Numbered from the stretch's first letter, positions 17,890 to 27,699 are shown. The stretch: DNA of 64,000 nt from Patescibacteria group bacterium (GCA_041665345.1 JBAYJA010000001.1:73206-137205), one strand, 5' to 3'. Notes: generated by a model from the letters alone, not told the origin. A program made the numbers and translations.

Positions 17890-18552
17890 ATGTCAGATAA
17901 CATGCCCCCATCCACAGATACACCGATAACTAGCGAACAGATTGACCGGCTCTATGAACGGTTTGTCGCCGGTCTGAAGAGTGGGATCGCGAAGTACGTC
18001 CATGAGAGCGAAGGTACTGCGTTGGTTGACGAGTTCGTTGCTCTAGTGGGCCGACGTGTCGAAGCGCGTATGCACGTCGCGAATATGCGTATTGAACTAG
18101 ATGTGCTTAGTCGCCGACCCTTTGACCCCGTACAGTTCCTCGGGAATAACTGGCGTATCGTCGACCGGATCGGAAAGCGTGGCGGTGACAGTTTGCGTGC
18201 TAGCGACATTGTCAGTAAGGTCTATTTACACGAAGGCGAGACCAGTATCAATGGAGGAGAGCTCCCCAATCGTATCAAGGCTAACCCTGATGATGTACAG
18301 CTTGATGCCGAAGACTTTCTTGCCCTCTGGCAGGAAAACGGTCATAAGATGCTGAATACGCTCTATGAGACAAAGGGTATAACCTGGTTGTCATTCTGGG
18401 GAACCATTCTGAAGTCTATGGGCAGACGTTACGTTCTCTATCTGGGTCGGCACGACTACGGTTCCTGGTTTTGGAGCTTTGCTTTCATTGACGCCGACGA
18501 CTGGGATGCCGATCATCCCGCGGGTGTGTACAAAAGAAGTTCTTTGGGCTGA
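17890..18552 (+). CDS. Hypothetical protein, 220 aa, paralog of 542..1204.
   Basis: RBS AAGGAGGA. Shared blocks with the first copy: FDPVQFLGNNWRIVDRIGKRG, DDVQLDAEDFLALWQE, YETKGITWLSFWG, YVLYLGRHDYGSWFW, IDADDW. Confidence 0.6.
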   Translation: MSDNMPPSTDTPITSEQIDRLYERFVAGLKSGIAKYVHESEGTALVDEFVALVGRRVEARMHVANMRIELDVLSRRPFDPVQFLGNNWRIVDRIGKRGGDSLRASDIVSKVYLHEGETSINGGELPNRIKANPDDVQLDAEDFLALWQENGHKMLNTLYETKGITWLSFWGTILKSMGRRYVLYLGRHDYGSWFWSFAFIDADDWDADHPAGVYKRSSLG

Positions 18553-18563
18553 ATCTCAAAATC

Positions 18564-18611
18564 CTGCATCTTGATTTCGTTACAAACGAATGATGGATGC
18601 AGGGTTTTTTT
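18564..18611 (+). terminator. Rho-independent terminator.
   Basis: CTGCATC...GATGCAG hairpin followed by GGTTTTTTT. Confidence 0.6.
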
Positions 18612-18639
18612 GTCCAATGAATGATGGCAATAAGTATAT

Positions 18640-18829
18640 TTTCCGCCTCCCCCAACGGCATTATCGGGGTAGGGACGTAGAGACTTATTCATAAAACCCA
18701 GAGCGGCTTTTCTAAGCCGCGGTGGTTTGTTGGTGACGAACGGGCGGGAGGATCTCCGAAGAGTGTAACCTCCCACGGAGATTCTAAGTCCCACTACTGT
18801 GGGACTTAGAATGACAGTAAAGGGATAAT
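18640..18829. ncRNA. Candidate small structured RNA in a convergent intergenic region; several hairpins and an H-type pseudoknot. Identity unknown.
   Basis: No ORF. Hairpins GCGGCTT-TTCT-AAGCCGC and TTCTAAGTCCCAC-TACT-GTGGGACTTAGAA (13 bp). Stem GGGAGG/CCTCCC with loop segment ATCTCCG pairing to the downstream CGGAGAT. Confidence 0.25.
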
Positions 18830-18861
18830 CCAAAACCCCCGCCTCAGGTGTGGGGCGGGGG
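18830..18861 (-). terminator. Rho-independent terminator for the giant gene.
   Basis: Minus strand reads CCCCCGCCCC-ACACCTGA-GGCGGGGG followed by TTTTGG. Confidence 0.55.
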
Positions 18862-18883
18862 AGCGAGTTATGTAGATCTTCGC

Positions 18884-21800
18884 TTACTGCGTTTTCACAC
18901 TCACAGTGCCGGAACAACCATCTGGGTTCACCACTTTCATGGTGTAGGCCTTGTTTTTGGTAAGCAGCGTTCCATTGAGCGTAGCGGTGATTTGTCCGCT
19001 ATTTTTGAATTTAACAGCCGTTGGCACGCCGCCAATACTCACGACCACGTTCCGGTCAAAGTTTTTACCCGTGATTGTCAGTACAGCCTTCGCGTTTGTC
19101 GTTGCAAGTTTCCCAGTGACTTTCAGAGAGGCTGGTTTGAGAACCTTGAGACGCACTGCGGTGCCAGCAATGCTAATGCGTGCGCTGCTCTCATTGAGAC
19201 TGGTGGGGGTAAATTTTCCCTTGCTAAAGCCGTAGACCTTTAGGCTGTTCTTCCCTCGGTTCTGTACCAGGACGGTGAGGCTGGCAACACCCGCCTGCTG
19301 CGCTTCCAGCGTGGTGACCCGAACCGTACTGTTCGATTTTGCGCCAGTGTCTACGGCGTATGATGCAAATTTTTTCATTGCATCAAAGACGAGCACTTTG
19401 TTCTTCCCTGTTGACTGACTGGTCACAATATCACTCTTGCCGTCTTTGGTGATATCCGCCAACAGTAGATTAATGGCGCCATTGTTCTTAAACGGGGCTA
19501 GCGTTTTGTACAACTTTCCACTGAGGGTGAATACTTTCACGCTGCTCGTGCCTTTCTTCAGATTCTCACTTGGGGAGACGAAGATGAGCTGACCTGTTTT
19601 CCCACCAAAGTTCGTGGTTGCAACATTCAGCGCAGTCCCAGCAAAGGCGGTAATGGTCTTTGCTTTCTTGCCTGTCCCAATGGTGAATTTCCCTTTGTTC
19701 TTCCCGGTGCCCACGCTCACCGCAGTGTTGGCTTTCGCTTTCCCGTTGGAGGTTGGGCTCCACTTGGAGAAGTGGTCACTGGTGACGGTCAACGTGTTAT
19801 TCGTAGCATCTTGCGTGGCATTTGATGGGGTTTTCCACGTATTCGTGGTGTCGTCAAAGTAGCGGGGGAGTAAGGCGCTTTCATCAACGCCCGCACCCTC
19901 CAGCATTTTGTCCGTGTACTTGAAGGTGATCGTGACGTTCGAATTGAACTTCGTGATCTCCGCCCCGGTTGTAGCATTCGTCGCTTTGAAGTCGTACCCG
20001 TACCAGGCGGGTTTCGCATCTGCCTGGCTCATCAAATTGGCTGTTGGCGTTGCCGTGATGGTGACATTCCCACTCGTCGCGAAGGCAGAAGCGCCAGCGA
20101 CCACGGTGGTACCATCTTCCAGGGTCATGGAGAATGCTTGGGTCGCATCTGTGGTTTGTGAAACTGGATTGGGGATGCGGAAGTTCGCATTCTTTGACAG
20201 GACGAAGTTCTGCGTAATGGCTTTTTGCGTGCCGTCGACGACAATGGTCACCTCTTCGCTGCGGAAGAAGTCATTGCCAGCCGGAGCATCACAGCCAATG
20301 TGCCACACACCCTTGGAAACGTTGATTTCGTACTTCCCAGCTTGGACTTGCCCACCGGAGAAGTTCCCAGATTCCTCCCAGCCGTGGCACCAACCAAACT
20401 GGCCACCCCCCACAACCTTCCCGGTGATTTTGGCGTCTGCTTGGCGGAGGGCGAAGGTGAGATTCGCAGTTCTCGCACTCCCGCGGAAATCAACCGTTTG
20501 CGCTTGGGCAGGCATCCAGGGCGAACCCGGCGGGGGATTCACGCGTACTTCGTACAGGTGCCCGCTTAGAGTCGAAAGCGTCGCAACGCCTTTCGCATTC
20601 GTCATGGTGTTCGTGTGCAGGACGTTTTTAAAGTCCTCTGGTTTTGGCCCACTTCCCATGACTTGATTTCCTTGATCAGTGCTTTCACCTTTCACTTTGC
20701 CCTTAAAGAAAGACGCACCGGTGAGACCGCTTTCCCCACCAGCTGGCGGAGCGAAATCTCTACACATTTTTTCATTTTCCGGTTTTGAGCAGACCGCCTT
20801 GCACTCCGCTTCGGATTTGCAACCACCGGGGCCGGTCTGCGGGCCACTTGGGCCTTTGTCTGGTCCTTTAAATTTTCCACACTCCGCTTGGTTCGTCGGC
20901 ACCATGCAAAATTTCACACAGCTACCCACGTTTTTGCAACCACCTGGGCCAGTGGAAATGTCAGGCAGCTTCATTGCCTCACACTTCTTAATTTGCGCTG
21001 CGTCCTTCTTTTGGTAGGCTTTCATGCACACCTCAAATGCATCACCTTCTTTCCCATTCTTGTCCTTAAACTGGGCAGCGCCAAGATCCTTCGGGCCGTT
21101 GTTGGAACCACCTTGGTCTCCGGGTTTCCCAAAGAGTTCAATTTCGTTTCCCGCGTCAGCAAATGCCTGCACAGGGGCGCCGGTGGGATCTACCACAGAA
21201 ATGTTGATTTTTGCATCACCAACCAGAGCGGTAATGTTCTTCACCACATTCTCACCTGCGTGCACTTCAACCTTGTCTTGGCCTTGGTTCGTGTTCAGCA
21301 AGCCCGTACCGTCACTGAAGTGGTAGTTAAACTGGTAGGTACCAGCCACCACTGAGACTTTGTAACTGCAATCCGACATGAATTGCACGCCTCGGCCGCC
21401 TTTTTCCGTGCTATTCACAAAGATATCGCCGAAGCTGAACTGACCAGCCGGTGGGGTGCAGGTCGTTAGCGGAATGCCATTCTGGTCCACCAGCGCGCCG
21501 TAGATGGAGGAGTTGTTCTTGACGACCCGAAGCGTTGCGGTGCTTGTGCTGTCTGCAACCACGGAGACGGTCGTGGCTTCTGCCATGGAGTACTCAGCCT
21601 CGGGTGGCAGGTTAATACCTAGTTTGACCAAGGAGAAGACGGAGGACGGCATTTTAATGGTTGCGTGCCCATCTTGCATCAGCGGGCCGCCAAAGTTCTG
21701 GCCAGGGCCAAATTGGTCCTCACCGGCTTTTTGTGCGTACACGTAGCCATTCAGGCCGGTCGCCAAGGTGCCGTCTTCCTTCATCACGCTCACGAGGATA

Positions 21801-22798
21801 GTGGCATCGGCTTTTACGATTGTAATGTCGCCAAAGCCAAATGCGGAGGTGTCGGTATCGAGTGTCGTCTCCAGAGGCTTCCCATTGTAGACGTAGGATG
21901 GTAAACCAGCATCTTCAGGTCGCTGGTAATTGTCCACGTTCAAATTGCAGCGCCCGGCAAGGATTGCAAGATCAAAGGTGCCATCCGCACCTGAGGTGGC
22001 ATTGCCGTTGACCCCCGGCTGTGGGCCATTCTGGGCTCCAGACGCACCCGGAGTCATGCAGAATGCATTCATACGAATTCCCGAGACAGGCGTACCACTT
22101 CCATCAATCAGCCGACCGGTGAGATGCGCGGTCTTTGCTTTCACCACGAAGTTTGCGGTGATGGTTTGGCCATCAGCAATGACCACTGCGGTTTGCGGGG
22201 CAGACAAGGTTTGATCTGGGCTCCAGAAGCCAAGGTTAAAAGATCCCGCTGGTACGCGCATGGTGTAGCTGCCGTCCGTCACGCGGGCATTGCCACCTCC
22301 ACCCGGGCCGCTCGTTGACCAAGCGTTGATATTTGCATCCGTAATCGCTACCCCGTCCTTCGTGACGGATCCGGTGATTGTGGCCGTTGCTTTGGTCACT
22401 TGGAAATTGAGTGTACGACTTTCTGTTGTTGCATCAGCACTGAATGCAATATCCGGGATTTGCTCATTGAACGTCCAGTCAGTAGCGGAGTTTGTGTCAA
22501 AGTTTGCCCCGTACAATGATCCTGCAGGCAGGAAGACACTAAAATTTCCGGAAGCGTCGGTTGTGGCGTCGCCACCCCCAAAACCCGTTTGGGTTTTTGG
22601 CCAGAAGTGCAGTAGTGCACCGGCAACTGGGGTGGTGGTTCCTTTGTACACCACCGTTCCGGTAATGTTCTTTGGTCGTTCTTCGGCTCGGGCGGAAAAG
22701 GTGTTGAAGACATTTCCCCCCAGCGGACCAGCGAGGGTGATGAGCACTGTCAGCATACCTACGCTGGCACGGACTATCCGAAACGTTGACTTCTTCAT
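18884..22798 (-). CDS. Giant secreted/surface protein of about 1300 aa with a signal peptide, repeated beta-sandwich-like domains, duplicated Cys-rich modules and a C-terminal IPT/TIG-like domain.
   Basis: N-terminus MKKSTFRIVRASVGMLTVLITLAGP. Two GPGGCK...C...C...EC modules. FG-GAP-like DITKDGKSDIV. A C-terminal Ig-like fold. Start chosen at MKKST. Confidence 0.8.
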   Translation of the reverse strand: MKKSTFRIVRASVGMLTVLITLAGPLGGNVFNTFSARAEERPKNITGTVVYKGTTTPVAGALLHFWPKTQTGFGGGDATTDASGNFSVFLPAGSLYGANFDTNSATDWTFNEQIPDIAFSADATTESRTLNFQVTKATATITGSVTKDGVAITDANINAWSTSGPGGGGNARVTDGSYTMRVPAGSFNLGFWSPDQTLSAPQTAVVIADGQTITANFVVKAKTAHLTGRLIDGSGTPVSGIRMNAFCMTPGASGAQNGPQPGVNGNATSGADGTFDLAILAGRCNLNVDNYQRPEDAGLPSYVYNGKPLETTLDTDTSAFGFGDITIVKADATILVSVMKEDGTLATGLNGYVYAQKAGEDQFGPGQNFGGPLMQDGHATIKMPSSVFSLVKLGINLPPEAEYSMAEATTVSVVADSTSTATLRVVKNNSSIYGALVDQNGIPLTTCTPPAGQFSFGDIFVNSTEKGGRGVQFMSDCSYKVSVVAGTYQFNYHFSDGTGLLNTNQGQDKVEVHAGENVVKNITALVGDAKINISVVDPTGAPVQAFADAGNEIELFGKPGDQGGSNNGPKDLGAAQFKDKNGKEGDAFEVCMKAYQKKDAAQIKKCEAMKLPDISTGPGGCKNVGSCVKFCMVPTNQAECGKFKGPDKGPSGPQTGPGGCKSEAECKAVCSKPENEKMCRDFAPPAGGESGLTGASFFKGKVKGESTDQGNQVMGSGPKPEDFKNVLHTNTMTNAKGVATLSTLSGHLYEVRVNPPPGSPWMPAQAQTVDFRGSARTANLTFALRQADAKITGKVVGGGQFGWCHGWEESGNFSGGQVQAGKYEINVSKGVWHIGCDAPAGNDFFRSEEVTIVVDGTQKAITQNFVLSKNANFRIPNPVSQTTDATQAFSMTLEDGTTVVAGASAFATSGNVTITATPTANLMSQADAKPAWYGYDFKATNATTGAEITKFNSNVTITFKYTDKMLEGAGVDESALLPRYFDDTTNTWKTPSNATQDATNNTLTVTSDHFSKWSPTSNGKAKANTAVSVGTGKNKGKFTIGTGKKAKTITAFAGTALNVATTNFGGKTGQLIFVSPSENLKKGTSSVKVFTLSGKLYKTLAPFKNNGAINLLLADITKDGKSDIVTSQSTGKNKVLVFDAMKKFASYAVDTGAKSNSTVRVTTLEAQQAGVASLTVLVQNRGKNSLKVYGFSKGKFTPTSLNESSARISIAGTAVRLKVLKPASLKVTGKLATTNAKAVLTITGKNFDRNVVVSIGGVPTAVKFKNSGQITATLNGTLLTKNKAYTMKVVNPDGCSGTVSVKTQ

Positions 22799-23038
22799 AC
22801 AGAAGGAAGAGTTAAGGAGAAACGAAAAACCGACCGCCGACAAACGATCGGAAAAAAAGTGAAGAAATTTGGGCGAAGTCACTCATGGAGTAGCCGACAA
22901 GCAAACGACCTTGAGGACTGAAAAGTGATTATACTATACCAAACTCCTACCTGAGTAGGCAAATGAAGGATCAAGACTATCCGAAACCTCAACCTTCTGC
23001 GTTGTCAGTTGTTCGTCGTGCGTTGTCTGTTGTTTACC

Positions 23039-24781
23039 CTACACGTCCAGAATCACTGGGATAATCATGGGCCGGCGTTCGGTCTTCTGGAAGAGGAAGG
23101 TGCCCAGGCCATCGCGGAGGCGGGTACTCAGGTAGCCTTCGTTCACCCCCGTGCGTTTGTCAACGTCTTTCAGCAGCGCGTGAACTTTCTTCTTTATCTC
23201 TTCCAGGAGGCGGGTGTTGGTCTTGGCGTACACAAACCCATGGGTGATGATGTGCAGGTCGTTGACCAGCTTCCCAGTTGTTCGTTCCACTTTGGCAATG
23301 ACCACCACCATGCCGTCACTGGCCAGGGTTTGGCGGTCACTGAGCACAACGTTGGATACGTCACCGACACCCAGTCCATCCACAAATACGTAGTCGGTCC
23401 GCACTTTCTGGGGGTAGAGTTTGGGCTTGCCGTGGGTGAACTCCAAGACGTTGCCGTTGTCCAGCACAAAACTTTTGTCTTTTGGAAAACCTTCTCGAAG
23501 TGCCAGCTTCTGTGCTTCTTTCAGGAAGTAGTGGTTGGCGTAGACGGGTAAGAAGAAGGTGGGCCGGATTTGCTTCAGCACGGCCATCATATCCGTGGCG
23601 GTGCTGTGGCCAGACGTGTGCACGTCCATGATGTCGCTATGAATGACATTATCCGTGAGTCGGTAGAGGTTGTCCTTCAAGCGCTGGATCGTCCGCTCGT
23701 TCCCCGGGATGACCGAGGAAGAGAAGACAATGGTATCCGTCTTTCGGATTTTCACCGTGCGGTGGTCGCCATTCACAATCCGGGACAGGGCAGCATTACT
23801 CTCGCCTTGCGCGCCGGTGCAGAGAATGATGACGCGACGGTCGGGGTAGTCATGAATGCGGTCAATGGGAATCAGCAATTCTTTCCGCATCTGGATGTAC
23901 CCAAGCTGCTTGGCGATTTCCACATTGGTTTTCATACTGAATCCATCCAAGGCAACTTTCTTGCCCAGTTTTTGGGCAAACTCCAGGAGGTGCTTGATGC
24001 GCTCCAGCTGGCTGGAGAAGGTGCCAATGATCAACCGGCCTGGTGCCTCGCGTACGAGTTTTTCCAAATTGGCGTACATCACCCGTTCTGGCACGCGCTC
24101 TTTGGTGCTCATGGAACCCAAGGATTCCAACATGAGAATGGACGGCTTGGGTACGTTGCGGAGTTGGGTGTACTCAATGCTCTGCCGACCCACTGGGTCT
24201 TTCTCGTACGTCCAGTCACCTGGGTGGATGACGGAGCCGTGTGGGGTTTGGATCACCACGCCCACTGCGTCCATGATGGAGTGGTCGACGGGGAAGAAGC
24301 TAATCTGGAAAGCGCCCAGCCGCAGCCGGTCTGTCACTTTCTTAATGACAATGGTGCGCAAATTCTTTGCTGCGCCTTTCTGGTAGTCCTCCACGCGGTG
24401 CTTGATCATCGCCAAGGTGAGCGGGCGGCCAGCAATTTGCGGGTAGCCCAGCTGCTCCAGCAGAATGGCGGAGGCGCCAATGTGGTCCAGGTGGCCGTGG
24501 CTGAAAATCACCCCGCGGATGCGGCGCTCTTTACCTTTCAGGTAGGAGAGGTTGGGAATGATGTAATCCACCCCGGGCATGTCCTCCTCCGGGAACTGCA
24601 CGCCCATGTCCAAGATAATGATGTCATTTCCGTATTCGAAGATGGTGCAGTTGCGTCCCACTTCTTCGTTGCCGCCAATGGGAATAATCCGCAGGCAGTC
24701 CTTGGGCGGGAGGTTGAGCGAGGGTTCTGGCCGCACGAAGCGGCGGGTTGGTGTTGGTCGTTGTCGTCTATTTTTTGCCAT
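23039..24781 (-). CDS. rnj: Ribonuclease J.
   Basis: Metallo-beta-lactamase motif FSHGHLDH, a beta-CASP region, and a C-terminal domain. Start chosen at MAKNRRQR. Confidence 0.9.
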   Translation of the reverse strand: MAKNRRQRPTPTRRFVRPEPSLNLPPKDCLRIIPIGGNEEVGRNCTIFEYGNDIIILDMGVQFPEEDMPGVDYIIPNLSYLKGKERRIRGVIFSHGHLDHIGASAILLEQLGYPQIAGRPLTLAMIKHRVEDYQKGAAKNLRTIVIKKVTDRLRLGAFQISFFPVDHSIMDAVGVVIQTPHGSVIHPGDWTYEKDPVGRQSIEYTQLRNVPKPSILMLESLGSMSTKERVPERVMYANLEKLVREAPGRLIIGTFSSQLERIKHLLEFAQKLGKKVALDGFSMKTNVEIAKQLGYIQMRKELLIPIDRIHDYPDRRVIILCTGAQGESNAALSRIVNGDHRTVKIRKTDTIVFSSSVIPGNERTIQRLKDNLYRLTDNVIHSDIMDVHTSGHSTATDMMAVLKQIRPTFFLPVYANHYFLKEAQKLALREGFPKDKSFVLDNGNVLEFTHGKPKLYPQKVRTDYVFVDGLGVGDVSNVVLSDRQTLASDGMVVVIAKVERTTGKLVNDLHIITHGFVYAKTNTRLLEEIKKKVHALLKDVDKRTGVNEGYLSTRLRDGLGTFLFQKTERRPMIIPVILDV

Positions 24782-24949
24782 GTTGTTTGATAATTGAGAT
24801 TCGAGAGTTGCAGGCATTGCCTACAGTAAAAAGTGAGATTAGTGGTGAACGTAATTGAGGTTACCGAAGAAGGTTACAGGTTTTGCATTCCCGGATCCCC
24901 GTTGAGCGGAAGCACAGCCCGCTCTGGGGCGAGCACTGAACACTATCTT

Positions 24950-25006
24950 GGGGTCCCCACAGACGTGGCGCGCAACCATGTCTTCATGGTGAGCACGCGT
25001 CTGTGG
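24950..25006. repeat. Hairpin repeat element X, copy A: an 11-bp outer stem with a variable apical hairpin.
   Basis: GGGGTCCCCACAGACGTGGCGCGCA-[ACCATGTCTTCATGGT]-GAGCACGCGTCTGTGG. Copies B and C lie at 55466 and 59108. Confidence 0.5.
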
Positions 25007-25050
25007 ACCGGTGTGCCAGTCTTTTGTCCCACAAAGTTGTGAATTCAGAT

Positions 25051-25149
25051 GGCTCGCCAGCCGTAGCCCGAGAACAAACGTCGTGTCCTCCTACGCTCGG
25101 AAGCTTCGGAGGACAGCCTTCGCCCTCGTCAAAGCCCGAGGGCGAAGGC
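25051..25149 (-). repeat. Conserved module immediately 3' of tRNA-Leu, copy A: two strong hairpins plus GGCTNGCCAGCCGTAGC.
   Basis: Minus strand after the tRNA CCA end: hairpin AGCCTTCGCCCTCG...CGAGGGCGAAGGCT, then GTCCTCC...GGAGGAC, then GCTACGGCTGGCGAGCC. A near-identical module follows tRNA-Ser at 55656..55754. Confidence 0.5.
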
Positions 25150-25236
25150 TGGTGCCGGAGAGAGGACTTGAACCTCCATGGGATTGCTCCCACACGGCTC
25201 TGAACCGTGCGTGTATACCAATTTCACCACTCCGGC
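25150..25236 (-). tRNA. tRNA-Leu(CAG).
   Basis: Minus strand reads GCCGGAGTGGTGAAATTGGTATACACGCACGGTTCAGAGCCGTGTGGGAGCAATCCCATGGAGGTTCAAGTCCTCTCTCCGGCACCA. 7-bp acceptor stem, long variable arm, anticodon loop TTCAGAG, TTCAAGT T-loop, encoded CCA. Confidence 0.85.
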
Positions 25237-25539
25237 GTATGGTTCGCCATTTCTTATAAACGGCGGCTAACGAATGACGTGCCCCGCAGAACGCAGGGGA
25301 AAGCACTGATACTACCAGGGAAAAGGTACTTTGTCAAGCCTTCATGCTGGTATTGTACCGTGAGGCTGGGGACTTACCTAGTAGCAAGTATTTGCTACAC
25401 GATAGAAGGTTTCGTTTTCGGTAGCGGTATTGATGGAGGGGCGAGGCATGCTCGAAGACGTGCATTGCTTCCTATCATATTGCTCACAACTTCTATCAAT
25501 ACCTCCATCCCAACCAATACCTTCAATCCAAAACCCCTG

Positions 25540-27360
25540 CTAGGGGCTCCACTTCCACACTCGATGCGTTTCCACGTACCACTCGGTAGCGTTGGTGAAA
25601 CGCTGGCCACCCGCAAGAATCGTTGGCGTTTCCAAGGTGGAGATACGCTTCTTGGTTACCAGGTTCGCCAGGGGCTGGTAGAGGAAAATTGCCGGCGCTT
25701 CTCGGCTCACAATGGACTGCACCGTGCTATACGCTTTCGCTCGGTCCGCAGCGGTGACATTTGCTTTCCGTGCGTTGGTGAGTGCCTCATCTAAGTCTTT
25801 GCTGTAGAAACTGGTTAGGTTCAGCCCTGGATCAAAACTTTGTGTGGAATGCCAGAATGGGTAGAGATCCAAACTGCCGTCGTACCGGTCAGCATAGAGG
25901 AGTGCAGAAAAATTTCGTTCTTTCACAATCTCTTTCCCAAGGGTATTGGGGTCAACTACATCCACCGTGGCAACGGCGCCAATATTTTTCCACGCATTGA
26001 CAATGCCATCAGCCGCGGCTTTATATTCCTCAACGTCTGGCACGGTTAGCGCAAAACGGAGCTCAACGTCTTTTTTCTTCCGTACCTCACCCTCCAATTT
26101 CCATCCTGCATCGTCAAGCCGCTTCGCTGCCCCCGCCACATCAGCAGTGCGGACAGCTGGGTTGGGGTCAGCACCCGGCATGCCAAACAGTACTGGCCCA
26201 ACAATGACTTGCGCATTATCCCCCCGGGCAGTTTGCAGTACGGTTTTTGGGTCAACCACATCCCGGAGCGCGGTACGAACGGCTTGCTCGGTGAAAAGCG
26301 CTTTCTTGAGGTTGAAGAAAACAGCAACAACTTGCGGAAGGGGGAGAGGGGTGAAATGTACCCCACGGATTTTTTGGGCTCGGGCAAGCGCATCAGTATT
26401 CACTAGGCGAACCCCGTCCGCCTCACCGTTAGAAAGGACGTCCACCGCACCTTCGCTATCAGCCACGAAGCGAATTTTCAAAGTATGCAGCAACGCTGGG
26501 GTTGCAGCATCGGGAAAGCGTTCCAGTGTTAAACCCCGAATATCACCGCTCAATTCTTTTTTCCGGAATTCTTTAAACTTGAAAGGCCCATTGCCGATAG
26601 GTTTCAGGTTATAATCCGTGGTGCTCATAGAGGCCGGTGGGATGTCCCCCCAAATGTGTGCCGGGAGAATGCCCACAGTCAAGAGTTCGTGCAGTCGTGG
26701 CGATGCGGTTTCCAAGGTGAGGGTGACCGTCCGATCATCAGCTGTCGCAACCTGCATGCCTCGGAAGAGGGTGTACCTTGGGCTGGCCACGTTGGGGTTT
26801 TGGATGGTCTCAATGGTGAAGCGCACGTCATCCGTGGTGAGCGCTGTGCCATCATGCCAGTGGAGATTTTGGCGGAGCAGAATGGTAACCGTCTTTCCAT
26901 CAGGCGCTTCAGTTACTTTTTCGGCGAGATCATTCACGTACTCACCATTCGGGTTCTGCCGAAGCACACCGCTGAAGAGCAACGGTGTAAGCGCCAAATC
27001 GGTGTCGCTGCTTGCTAGTACTGGATTCAAATAGCGTGGTGTACCCATGACTGCCTCGGTGTAGGTGCCGCCAATGGTGGGCTCGGGTATCCAGTGTCGG
27101 TTGATGTAGCGCCCAACTAAAATAGCAGCCGAACCGAAGAGGAAGAGAATAGCAATCCGAAGCACCCACGCTTCTTTGGGCTTGAGGTAGCGGAATAAAT
27201 AGGTGAATTGGCTCCAGGTTGGCAAACGAGAATGGTTCAAGTGCTGTACCAGGGCATGATCCGCGTCAACCGAAACTGCCGGCGCAGGGGTTGCCCGGTT
27301 CCGGAAATGATCCGTAAGATTTTTTCTGACGCGCGACAGCGAAGAGAGGGGATTGCGCAC
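25540..27360 (-). CDS. ABC transporter substrate-binding protein, family 5 (peptide/nickel type), membrane-anchored.
   Basis: N-terminal TM helix ILFLFGSAAILVGRYI, then a long SBP_bac_5-like body. Confidence 0.75.
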   Translation of the reverse strand: MRNPLSSLSRVRKNLTDHFRNRATPAPAVSVDADHALVQHLNHSRLPTWSQFTYLFRYLKPKEAWVLRIAILFLFGSAAILVGRYINRHWIPEPTIGGTYTEAVMGTPRYLNPVLASSDTDLALTPLLFSGVLRQNPNGEYVNDLAEKVTEAPDGKTVTILLRQNLHWHDGTALTTDDVRFTIETIQNPNVASPRYTLFRGMQVATADDRTVTLTLETASPRLHELLTVGILPAHIWGDIPPASMSTTDYNLKPIGNGPFKFKEFRKKELSGDIRGLTLERFPDAATPALLHTLKIRFVADSEGAVDVLSNGEADGVRLVNTDALARAQKIRGVHFTPLPLPQVVAVFFNLKKALFTEQAVRTALRDVVDPKTVLQTARGDNAQVIVGPVLFGMPGADPNPAVRTADVAGAAKRLDDAGWKLEGEVRKKKDVELRFALTVPDVEEYKAAADGIVNAWKNIGAVATVDVVDPNTLGKEIVKERNFSALLYADRYDGSLDLYPFWHSTQSFDPGLNLTSFYSKDLDEALTNARKANVTAADRAKAYSTVQSIVSREAPAIFLYQPLANLVTKKRISTLETPTILAGGQRFTNATEWYVETHRVWKWSP

Positions 27361-27369
27361 AAATCTACG

Positions 27370-27606
27370 TTAGACCGACTGCGTTCTGAGGATGAGCGTA
27401 GCAATTGCCGCCCCTGCGAAGAGCGTAGCCAGAACAATGGTTGCAATGAAAAGGACACGCTCTGCACCGCGCTTCGTTTGGTACACATTTCCCTCACCAC
27501 CAAAAGCCGCGCCCAGGCCACTGCCCTTGCTTTGGAGGATGATTGTCACAGTGAGGAGAACCGCGGTGACCAGCACCACAATACTCAAGATCTTTTCCCA
27601 ATTCAT
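27370..27606 (-). CDS. secG: Preprotein translocase subunit SecG.
   Basis: 78 aa with two TM helices and the glycine-rich loop QSKGSGLGAAFGGEG. Confidence 0.8.
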   Translation of the reverse strand: MNWEKILSIVVLVTAVLLTVTIILQSKGSGLGAAFGGEGNVYQTKRGAERVLFIATIVLATLFAGAAIATLILRTQSV

Positions 27607-27699
27607 ACGTGGATTTGAGTGTACGAATTTTACCTGTACTTGTCAAGGCGAGCCTATCATCGTACCCTAGAGAGAGAATCGAAACTAAGCCAAAAAGGT

